Source: a virus
Lineage: Duplodnaviria; Heunggongvirae; Uroviricota; Caudoviricetes
DNA: 64,000 nt
Reading direction: 5' to 3' (one strand)
IMG/VR virus record: IMGVR_UViG_3300018080_000114
This document shows positions 1 through 6,551 of this stretch, in pieces. Each line of letters starts with the position of its first letter. The stretch's first letter is position 1. The notes below the pieces were generated by a model. The model was not told where the DNA came from. It saw only the letters and a list, made by a program, of their open reading frames with translations, and searched no databases. Position numbers and translations under genes: made by a program.

Positions 1-7
1 TACCTAA

Positions 8-36
8 AGTATAACCCATATGAAAGAGAATACAAA
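8..36 (-). promoter_or_regulatory. Sigma70-like promoter, leftward
   Basis: Reverse complement reads TTGTAT-N16-TATACT followed by TTAGG, the same architecture as other copies in the window. Confidence 0.6.
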
Positions 37-49
37 TGAAAAGGCTGAA

Positions 50-706
50 TTATTCTTCATGGAGGATAGTTTTTCCGCAATCCAGGATGGTGTGAACACC
101 AGCATCTCCGGTCACTTCGATATCGGACGTTTGGAAGCGGAAGCCCCAGGTGTCCAGATTCTGGGAGATTGTCTGCTTCATGTGTTCCAGATCTGAATGG
201 TAGAAGCCACAGCAAGAATCGAGATCCTCAGAGTCAATCTCTTCTTCCCCGTCGAAGGTGACCTTCTCTATGGTGTATTTGAGGCCCCAGCCGTTGCACC
301 AGTCAGTGTAGATCTTAAGGAGTCCGGTGGCATCTTTCTTGCGGTTCTCATAGGATCTGGGTCCAAGATCAGCAGCAGGCTGCTCCCAGACGAGAACGCC
401 AGCGAAGGAGCTGGAATCCCATTCGGAATCCGGGTACTGGTAGGTGCCAGAGATGTCCCAGCGGCAGGGTCCGTGCTCATAGTAAGACAGGATGAAGGCA
501 CGTCCGACTTTCAACTTCCGTTGCAGGGCTACGGTGGGAACGTAGCGGCTTGTGGCCTTGTCCCATTTGAATCCGCAGTCGGTGGGATGGGTGAAGTTGA
601 CATGGCGACGGTTGAAGCTGTAGACCTTCCAACCATCATATTCAGTCGGATTCTCGATCATACTATCAGTGTCGATGGAAACGCGAATTTTGGTGGTCGT
701 AGTCAT
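50..706 (-). CDS. Hypothetical phage protein
   Basis: 218-aa ORF lying downstream of the minus-strand promoter at 825-852, with YEHG...WDS...Y.DW.NG...DSCCGFY motifs; function unknown. Confidence 0.7.
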   Translation of the reverse strand: MTTTTKIRVSIDTDSMIENPTEYDGWKVYSFNRRHVNFTHPTDCGFKWDKATSRYVPTVALQRKLKVGRAFILSYYEHGPCRWDISGTYQYPDSEWDSSSFAGVLVWEQPAADLGPRSYENRKKDATGLLKIYTDWCNGWGLKYTIEKVTFDGEEEIDSEDLDSCCGFYHSDLEHMKQTISQNLDTWGFRFQTSDIEVTGDAGVHTILDCGKTILHEE

Positions 707-824
707 GACAGACTCCTACAGAAGCGCCAAGGTCCCAATAAGTGTCGTTGCAGCAACCCACAGGATCGGATGTTTTTGCCAGAATGTTCTTTCGTCGTCC
801 ATTGCGTTGCTCCTTTCTACCCAA

Positions 825-852
825 AGTATAACTCATATGGGAGAGGATGCAA
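825..852 (-). promoter_or_regulatory. Sigma70-like promoter, leftward
   Basis: Reverse complement reads TTGCAT-N16-TATACT. Confidence 0.7.
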
Positions 853-1168
853 ACGAATTTTTCTGGCGTATCCGTATTTCGGTAGCTTGGTCATGTTTGT
901 ATAGTCCATCGTCATTCTTCTTACGCCAGGAGCCCCGCACCAGATCACTAAATCGTGTCACTACGCAGCGGTAGATGTAGGTCTGGAGGGGAGCTTTCTT
1001 TGGGTCGAAGCTGGGCAGACGTTGGATGCATCTCAAGTGACCTTCCTGGATGAGGTCATCCAGACTGTGGAAGGTGGGCTTCCTCATCCTTTGGAGACAA
1101 CCATAGGCTAGGGAGGCGATCATCTGATGGTGTTTATCAAGGGCCTGTTGTAGTTCGTCATTCGTCAT
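833..1168 (-). CDS. Small sigma-70 region 2-like protein
   Basis: DDLIQEGHL...FDPKK.PLQTYIYRCV..RFSDLVR resembles the sigma region 2 pattern (DL.QEG..., FDP, TY). Only 111 aa, with no region 4. Confidence 0.65.
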   Translation of the reverse strand: MTNDELQQALDKHHQMIASLAYGCLQRMRKPTFHSLDDLIQEGHLRCIQRLPSFDPKKAPLQTYIYRCVVTRFSDLVRGSWRKKNDDGLYKHDQATEIRIRQKNSFASSPI

Positions 1169-2069
1169 CGTTGCTCCTCAGGAAATCTACGACTTCATCC
1201 CATCGGTCGGATGCTTGGCGCAGAAGGTTCTTGTAGCGTCGTTGTCGCGCTTGGGCGGCATGGAGACGCATGGCGTCTGTCAGCTCATCCACGTGGTCGT
1301 GAATGAGGTCATCCAGGATAGATGGGTCCAGTGCATCCAGCTCCCAAGAGTCATACCCATACTGAGCGATGTAGTCACTGGCGCGACTGTCGGTCAGCTT
1401 GGCAGGATTCGGAGGAGGTCCGTACTGTTGGACCTGATCCATGTTGAGAGCGATGCGTTGGACGTTCACATGGGCGTTGAAGATCCGGAGACGATCCCGA
1501 ATGTCACGAGTCATGTCGATTCCACTGGGATCATGGTCTCCGAGGTGCAGGATGTGCAGCTCTCGCCCATCACGTTGGGCACGGAGGAACCTATGGGAGG
1601 CTCTCCACATGGCCGAGGCGCTCACGTAGCCACGGCAAGAGAAGTAAGGCACGTCCAGCTCCTCTCCAGCTCCACCTACGATCCCCGCAAGAGCTTCCTT
1701 CTCTACCCAGACTTCGACATAGTTGGGCTGATCGGCACGTAGATCGATCTGGAAGCTTTCCGCAGCCGAAGAGATGATGTCACCTGGGGTATTCCAGTGC
1801 GAATTCATCTGAACTTGGCGTGTGCGGTCTACAATCGCGTCCCAAGGTAGCATTCCAGCCAATCGGGCGTCGTTGACGATGCTTCCGAGCCTCTTGTATG
1901 ACTTCTGGGAGTTCGGAATGACGTCACGAGCCACGAATTGGTAGTAGAGCTGACGCAAAGTCAGGTCATATCCCTGGTCCTGGTACTCGCGGATGATCTC
2001 ATCGGCCTCATTGATCAGTAGAACAGAGGCCGCAGAGAATCTATGGGGAACGTAGTCGTAGTAATGCAT
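1158..2069 (-). CDS. Toprim-domain protein (TopoVI-A/Spo11-like architecture)
   Basis: N-terminal LTLRQLYYQ winged-helix-like segment; Toprim-like VEVWVEKEAL and HLGDHDPSG motifs. Confidence 0.65.
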   Translation of the reverse strand: MHYYDYVPHRFSAASVLLINEADEIIREYQDQGYDLTLRQLYYQFVARDVIPNSQKSYKRLGSIVNDARLAGMLPWDAIVDRTRQVQMNSHWNTPGDIISSAAESFQIDLRADQPNYVEVWVEKEALAGIVGGAGEELDVPYFSCRGYVSASAMWRASHRFLRAQRDGRELHILHLGDHDPSGIDMTRDIRDRLRIFNAHVNVQRIALNMDQVQQYGPPPNPAKLTDSRASDYIAQYGYDSWELDALDPSILDDLIHDHVDELTDAMRLHAAQARQRRYKNLLRQASDRWDEVVDFLRSNDDE

Positions 2070-2401
2070 CAGTCGTCCTCTCGGAACCGCCGTTCACGTC
2101 TCTTTTTGGGCGGCAGATAGGCAGCAGGGCAGCACGAGCTGTCCGCACGCTTGCGGTTGAGGTGAGTTTCGCGGCAAAGACCTTCACAGGGCCGTTTGTT
2201 GCACGCACAGAGGACCGTTTGGCCGGTTTCCGCAGCCTCGAAGATCCGATTGTCGTTGTTTGGTCGTTGATGCGTCTGTTTTGCCATCACATGGCTCCTA
2301 AAAGAGGTTAGAAAAGCGTAAAGGGGCCGTTGCAGGGTCCCTGGCGGCCCCCACTGCGACTGATTTCGTCTCAGCCACGATTCATAGGGTCCTCCTTTCA
2401 T
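2069..2401 (-). CDS. Hypothetical protein (start uncertain)
   Basis: ORF abutting the Toprim gene, with a Cys-rich C-terminal part. Confidence 0.45.
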   Translation of the reverse strand: MKGGPYESWLRRNQSQWGPPGTLQRPLYAFLTSFRSHVMAKQTHQRPNNDNRIFEAAETGQTVLCACNKRPCEGLCRETHLNRKRADSSCCPAAYLPPKKRRERRFREDD

Positions 2402-2440
2402 CTAATACTGTAAATCCATCAAATTGCACTGTACATCCAA

Positions 2441-2468
2441 AGTATAACGGAGATTTTTGGCTTTGCAA
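2441..2468 (-). promoter_or_regulatory. Sigma70-like promoter driving the leftward arm
   Basis: TTGCAA-N16-TATACT on the minus strand, in an AT-rich divergent intergenic region. Confidence 0.7.
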
Positions 2469-2566
2469 GTAGAATTTTTCCGAATTTTTCATTTTGATCT
2501 GAACTTTTAGGGTGTATACTGTGTATAGAGCAAAGTAAACCGTGTTTTTCGATTTAGGGAGTCCCT

Positions 2567-2779
2567 ATGTTGACAGAAAGAGAACGATTGGCACGTGAGG
2601 CAGCTGTTGAGGTGTTTGGTGCTGGCATAGATCAGCTTGACGGCACGTTTCAAGATGCGTGCTACAATGTGGCCGATGATCAGCTGATGGAAGCTGGCAT
2701 TGAGCTGGCAGAAAAGGACAAAGAGGCCGCTAAGACGTGGGGCGGTGACATTGATTTGGTTAGTTTCGAAGGAGAGTAG
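2567..2779 (+). CDS. Hypothetical protein
   Basis: First rightward ORF; RBS AGGGAG; TATACT at 2515-2520 upstream. Confidence 0.65.
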   Translation: MLTERERLAREAAVEVFGAGIDQLDGTFQDACYNVADDQLMEAGIELAEKDKEAAKTWGGDIDLVSFEGE

Positions 2780-2967
2780 ATGCAGCACTTGACGATCATC
2801 AGTGACTTTACTACATTGTTGCACAGACATGGACCGGATTCGAATGAGGTGGATGCGTTCATCAAGCAGTACGATCATCTGGAGGAGTTTGTGGGTAGGG
2901 CACGGACGTTGCGGGCTGTTTTTCGAGAAAAAGACAACGTGACTCAGGCACAGACCTGAGTTCAGAT

Positions 2968-3040
2968 GGGTGCGTAGCTCAATTGGCAGAGTTCCCGGCT
3001 CTTAACCGGATTGTTGGAGGTTCGATTCCTCCCGCGCCTA
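2968..3040 (+). tRNA. trnK: tRNA-Lys(CTT)
   Basis: Cloverleaf; anticodon loop CT-CTT-AA; T-loop TTCGATT. Confidence 0.9.
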
Positions 3041-3050
3041 TTGACAGTAA

Positions 3051-3160
3051 TGTCACGAAGACTGGGAGGTTGCAGGTTCGAATCCTGCCCACTATGGCAA
3101 AGCTCTGTTCCGGACAGGGGCCGTAAGTGGTAGCTCAACTGGTAGAGCGCCTGGTATGGC
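3051..3160 (+). ncRNA. Circularly permuted tRNA-like RNA, YrlA/Y-RNA-like
   Basis: T arm (3072-3088) precedes D arm (3133-3148); acceptor-like helix closed by a hairpin; the 5' and 3' ends pair around a CGAAG bulge. Confidence 0.65.
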
Positions 3161-3229
3161 CCAGTGGTGTAGTGGTTATCATTCAGGACTTTCGATCCTG
3201 AGACGAGAGTTCGATCCTCTCCTGGGCTA
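3158..3229 (+). tRNA. trnE: tRNA-Glu(TTC)
   Basis: Acceptor GGCCCAG/CTGGGCT; loop CT-TTC-GA. Confidence 0.9.
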
Positions 3230-3232
3230 TTC

Positions 3233-3315
3233 GGCTTGGTGGTGGAATTAGGCAGACACGCTGGTTTCAAACACCAGTGCCTTCGGGCGTGAGGGTTCGA
3301 TTCCCTCCTAAGCCA
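3233..3315 (+). tRNA. trnL: tRNA-Leu(CAA)
   Basis: Loop TT-CAA-AC; long variable arm. Confidence 0.9.
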
Positions 3316-3320
3316 TTAGC

Positions 3321-3392
3321 GGCCCAGTGGTGTAGTGGCTAACATTGATGGTTCTCAGCCATCAGCCGAGAGTTCGATCCTCTCCTGGGCTA
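3321..3392 (+). tRNA. trnE: tRNA-Glu(CTC)
   Basis: Loop TT-CTC-AG; acceptor and T arm identical to Glu(TTC). Confidence 0.9.
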
Positions 3393-3404
3393 ATGAAAAG
3401 TGAA

Positions 3405-3620
3405 TAAGCATAGGCAGTAAGAGTCTGAGAATCTCAGGGGAGGTCGCCTGCTTACGTAAGGGCCAAACCTCCAGCGCGACGCAACGCGACTGAGATGATC
3501 AGGTGACGTCACTGAAAAACCACCCCTTGCAGGAGAGCCATGCATGCAGCCATCGGCGTCGATGGGGCTCGATGAGTGTAAGTGTGTAGACTAGGTGGGA
3601 GTCACTGTCTATGTAGTGAC
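3405..3620 (+). ncRNA. Putative structured ncRNA with possible pseudoknot
   Basis: Several nested complementary segments and no tRNA cloverleaf. Confidence 0.35.
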
Positions 3621-3693
3621 GCGCTGTAGCTCAACTGGTTAGAGCACCGGATTGTCGATCCGAAGGTTGGGAGTTCGAGTCTCCCCAGCGTGA
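3620..3693 (+). tRNA. trnD: tRNA-Asp(GTC)
   Basis: Loop TT-GTC-GA; acceptor CGCGCTG/CAGCGTG. Confidence 0.9.
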
Positions 3694-3696
3694 TTA

Positions 3697-3770
3697 CGCC
3701 GACTAGCTCAATTGCGTAGAGTGCCTGTCTTACACACAGGTGGTTCTTGGTTCGAGTCCAAGGTCGGTGA
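3697..3770 (+). tRNA. trnV: tRNA-Val(TAC)
   Basis: Stem CCTGT/ACAGG; loop CT-TAC-AC. Confidence 0.9.
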
Positions 3771-3776
3771 TTGAAT

Positions 3777-3849
3777 AGGACTATGGTGAAAATGGATATC
3801 ATGCGCGGCTACGAACCGCGCGTTGTGGGTTCGAGTCCTGCTAGTCCTG
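3777..3849 (+). tRNA. trnR: tRNA-Arg(ACG)
   Basis: Stem CGCGG/CCGCG; loop CT-ACG-AA. Confidence 0.9.
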
Positions 3850-3850
3850 T

Positions 3851-3928
3851 TGTGATTGAGCACCGTAAAGGGATGAGAATCGTCTGGTATGCTACCCGAA
3901 AGGATGAACCCCAGACAGCTTAGTCACA
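3851..3928 (+). ncRNA. Putative small structured RNA between tRNAs
   Basis: 11-bp closing helix TGTGATTGAGC/GCTTAGTCACA; inner helix TCTGG/CCAGA; two copies of CC-G(T)AAA-GG(G)ATGA. Confidence 0.5.
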
Positions 3929-3931
3929 TAT

Positions 3932-4005
3932 GGGCGCGTAGCTCAATTGGGAGAGCACCTGCTTTGCACGCAGGGGGTTGTGGGTTCGAGTCCCATCGCG
4001 GTCCA
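3932..4005 (+). tRNA. trnA: tRNA-Ala(TGC)
   Basis: Loop TT-TGC-AC; G3:U70 retained; one extra base in the 3' acceptor strand. Confidence 0.85.
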
Positions 4006-4009
4006 TTAG

Positions 4010-4082
4010 GGGAATGTAGCTCAGTTGGAAGAGCGTTGGTGTGAAGTACCAAGCGTCGGAGGTTCGAGTCCTCCCATTCCCA
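4010..4082 (+). tRNA. trnF: tRNA-Phe(GAA)
   Basis: Stem TTGGT/ACCAA; loop GT-GAA-GT (atypical G32). Confidence 0.85.
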
Positions 4083-4087
4083 TTGAA

Positions 4088-4161
4088 GGCCCTGTAGCCC
4101 AATTGGCAGAGGCGGCTGGCTTAGAACCAGTCTAGTGTGGGTTCGACTCCCACTGGGGTCA
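4088..4161 (+). tRNA. trnL: tRNA-Leu(TAG), short variable loop
   Basis: Loop CT-TAG-AA; 5-nt variable region. Confidence 0.85.
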
Positions 4162-4322
4162 TTGCTTCTGGAAACCGTTTGAAGTGGTGAATTCTGGCAG
4201 TCCACGAAAGCTGACGAGCTTACGGTTGCGAATGGGTAGCGGTAGTGAAGCCCTAGGACAGAGCACATAGCAGGTCACACTGGAGAGTACTCTAAGGTGT
4301 GGCAAGCCAAGTCCAGAAGCAA
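4162..4322 (+). ncRNA. Putative multibranch structured ncRNA
   Basis: Perfect 11-bp terminal helix TTGCTTCTGGA/TCCAGAAGCAA exactly filling the gap between two tRNAs; inner helices AACCGT/ACGGTT, GTGG/CCAC, CACAC/GTGTG. Confidence 0.55.
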
Positions 4323-4324
4323 AC

Positions 4325-4411
4325 GCCAGCGTAGACTGCTAAGGAGGCGGCTCAGGCTGTAACCCTGATCCTCGTAAAGAGGCCGAGTGGGTTCGATACC
4401 CTCAGCTGGCA
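4325..4411 (+). tRNA. trnY: tRNA-Tyr(GTA)
   Basis: Loop CT-GTA-AC; long variable arm as in bacterial tRNA-Tyr. Confidence 0.85.
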
Positions 4412-4493
4412 TTGAAAGGAGAATTGATATGGGGCAGATTATAGCTTTGTGTTGTTGCTTTCTTTTTGGTTGGTTTTTTGGTGATCTGATTAA

Positions 4494-4566
4494 GCGCCGG
4501 TAGCCCAACGGCAGAGGCATCCGGTTTAAGCCCGGTTCAGTGGTGGTTCGAATCCACTCCGGTGCA
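4494..4566 (+). tRNA. trnL: tRNA-Leu(TAA), short variable loop
   Basis: Loop TT-TAA-GC; 5-nt variable region. Confidence 0.85.
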
Positions 4567-4582
4567 ATGAGGGGAGATTGAT

Positions 4583-4777
4583 ATGAGTGAGCTTCAAAGG
4601 GCAATGGAAAGTGATTTAGATTACTGGTACGGTTCAAATGAAGTTGACTTTGGTGACGTCCACAGTGTGGATGTGATGTTTCCTGGAGCTGTGGAGTTGT
4701 TGGTCCTTGAGTATGGACATGCAATGACAAGGGATCAAATTGAAGCAGTCTTCCAAGAGTGGACTAGTAAGCGATGA
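4583..4777 (+). CDS. Small hypothetical protein inside the tRNA array
   Basis: RBS GGGGAG; acidic 64-aa ORF filling the gap between tRNAs. Confidence 0.6.
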   Translation: MSELQRAMESDLDYWYGSNEVDFGDVHSVDVMFPGAVELLVLEYGHAMTRDQIEAVFQEWTSKR

Positions 4778-4848
4778 CCAAGTGTCCGAATGGCCTTAGG
4801 TAGCCGGTTGCAACCCGGCTTATGTGGGTTCGAATCCCACCTTGGTCT
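4776..4848 (+). tRNA. trnC: tRNA-Cys(GCA)
   Basis: Loop TT-GCA-AC; U73 discriminator. Confidence 0.9.
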
Positions 4849-4852
4849 TGAG

Positions 4853-4926
4853 TCCCCTGTAGCTCAGTTGGTAGAGCTTCGGACTGTTAATCCGAGTATG
4901 CGAAGGTTCGAGTCCTTCCGGGGGAG
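4853..4926 (+). tRNA. trnN: tRNA-Asn(GTT)
   Basis: Loop CT-GTT-AA. Confidence 0.9.
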
Positions 4927-4928
4927 TT

Positions 4929-4999
4929 GTGTTCGTGGTGTAGTGGTAGCATATTAGCCTGTGACGCTGAGGGGGCGGGTTCGAATCCCGTCGAACACC
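4929..4999 (+). tRNA. trnH: tRNA-His(GTG)
   Basis: Loop CT-GTG-AC; C73; the genomic -1 base is T, not G. Confidence 0.85.
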
Positions 5000-5128
5000 T
5001 TATGAAGAAGCCAAAGAGAAAACCGAGATTGCCAAGAGGCAAGATGCCTCCACCTTCACGAGTCCATAAGGATCGGAAGAAGGAGGAGAACAAAAAACGT
5101 TGCCGTCGTCCTATTGAGGAGGAATGAC

Positions 5129-5428
5129 ATGACCGTGGAAGAAATGTGCGAACTGTTTGATGCTGATGACAGTATATACCTCAAGTTCGAGGATATCGAG
5201 AATCCTCGTCATCCGAGACCGGATATCTGTGCGTTCTTGATGCTGCATGATATCTTGGGTGGAGAGGGAACAACGGACATGGTGAGTGCGGCTGAGCACG
5301 ATCAGATCTTCTTGGATGTGTCTCTGGAAGATTTGGCCCCATTGATCACTGAGGATCAAGTGAAGGATTTGATTCGGTGTGGCGTTCACACCGATGATTA
5401 TGGTGAAGGGCTGGCAATGTTTGCGTGA
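5129..5428 (+). CDS. Hypothetical protein
   Basis: RBS GAGGAGG; acidic ORF with DLCAFL/SAAEHDQIFL-like segments. Confidence 0.65.
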   Translation: MTVEEMCELFDADDSIYLKFEDIENPRHPRPDICAFLMLHDILGGEGTTDMVSAAEHDQIFLDVSLEDLAPLITEDQVKDLIRCGVHTDDYGEGLAMFA

Positions 5429-5639
5429 GGAGTGACATGTTCACAGACAAACAACGATTAGATTGGCTGCAAAAGCAGCTGGAGAAGAAAAAGTATACTG
5501 GAAAGTGCATCCTCCGTGGGTCTACGACGGGCCGAGGTTTTCGGCTTCATGAGACGAGTATGGAAGGTGCGGTGAATGATGTGCGAACGGCGATTGATCA
5601 GGCTATGGATGATCAGTTGTGGTGTAATGGTGAGCACCT

Positions 5640-5713
5640 GGGAGTGTAGCTCAGTTGGATAGAGCAACCGGCTTTTACCCGGTAAGTCGCAGGTTCGAGT
5701 CCTGCTACTCCCA
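5640..5713 (+). tRNA. trnK: tRNA-Lys(TTT)
   Basis: Loop CT-TTT-AC. Confidence 0.9.
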
Positions 5714-5717
5714 CTGT

Positions 5718-5791
5718 GCCGGTGTAGCTCAATGGACAAGAGCGCTCGCCTTGTAAGCGAGGGGTTGTGGGTTCGAATCCCTCCACCGGCT
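5718..5791 (+). tRNA. trnT: tRNA-Thr(TGT)
   Basis: Loop CT-TGT-AA. Confidence 0.9.
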
Positions 5792-5805
5792 TTGAAAGGA
5801 GCATT

Positions 5806-6069
5806 ATGTCTGATATACTGATAATCCCAGTTGTTTTGGTGGCCACTGTGGTGGTGTTGAGGGTGGCAAAGGCTATTACGGGCTGGCAACCGAAGGGAAA
5901 GAGATACTGTAACGGGTGTAAGTTTGGATCGGACAAAGCATGTTACCATTCCAACAATGTGGAGTTGGCCAGATCGTATGCGGAATGTGATAAGATTCCG
6001 ATCAAGCATCCGAGTGAGTTGAATCCAAATAATGATTGCCCATGGTATCGTGATTGGCCGGGCATGTAA
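5806..6069 (+). CDS. Small membrane-anchored Cys-rich hypothetical protein
   Basis: RBS AAAGGAG; N-terminal hydrophobic helix; CxxC. Confidence 0.6.
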   Translation: MSDILIIPVVLVATVVVLRVAKAITGWQPKGKRYCNGCKFGSDKACYHSNNVELARSYAECDKIPIKHPSELNPNNDCPWYRDWPGM

Positions 6070-6071
6070 TT

Positions 6072-6143
6072 AGACCTGTGGTGTAATGGTTAGCACCTGG
6101 GACTCTGACTCCCAAGATCTACGTTCGAATCGTAGCAGGTCTA
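6072..6143 (+). tRNA. trnQ: tRNA-Gln(CTG)
   Basis: Loop CT-CTG-AC. Confidence 0.88.
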
Positions 6144-6145
6144 TT

Positions 6146-6217
6146 GGGCCTGTAGTGTAGTGGTCAGCACCGGAGGCTTTGATCCTCCAAGCCCAGATTC
6201 GAATTCTGGCAGGCTCG
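6146..6217 (+). tRNA. trnQ: tRNA-Gln(TTG)
   Basis: Loop CT-TTG-AT. Confidence 0.88.
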
Positions 6218-6230
6218 TTAGGAGAAGCAG

Positions 6231-6551
6231 ATGATTACAGACAAAGACCGGATTGAGTTCTTGCAACGATGTATCGATGAGGGTGAAGTGACATGCTTTA
6301 CTTTCTCCGTAAGCGTGCGCACACAGATTGATCTAGAGATGGCGAAGACTGGAGACTGGAGTTTCCCAGACTTCCATTGTGATTGCGGTGTGGGATACAA
6401 TGAGTATGAGGACATGGATGACCCTGATGGGAACCTGCCCATCCTTCATTCCACAGAGATACACTATCATCCAAATGGGCAGGAGACATGGACGGACACA
6501 CGTCAGTGTAGAGTGTGTGGAGCGAAGTTCACTTTTGAGGAGAGCAATTGA
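6231..6551 (+). CDS. Hypothetical zinc-ribbon protein
   Basis: RBS AGGAGA; HCDCG and CRVCG motifs. Confidence 0.65.
   Translation: MITDKDRIEFLQRCIDEGEVTCFTFSVSVRTQIDLEMAKTGDWSFPDFHCDCGVGYNEYEDMDDPDGNLPILHSTEIHYHPNGQETWTDTRQCRVCGAKFTFEESN

Noticed and set aside
4205-4240. Hammerhead ribozyme (CTGACGA and GAAA present)
   Set aside because: The elements are in the wrong order and spacing: GAAA directly precedes CUGANGA, with no stem III, cleavage triplet or stem I between them.
2962-4730. Minus-strand ORFs over the tRNA array
   Set aside because: They are reverse-complement translations of tRNA genes (typical RTRT/GFEP peptides).
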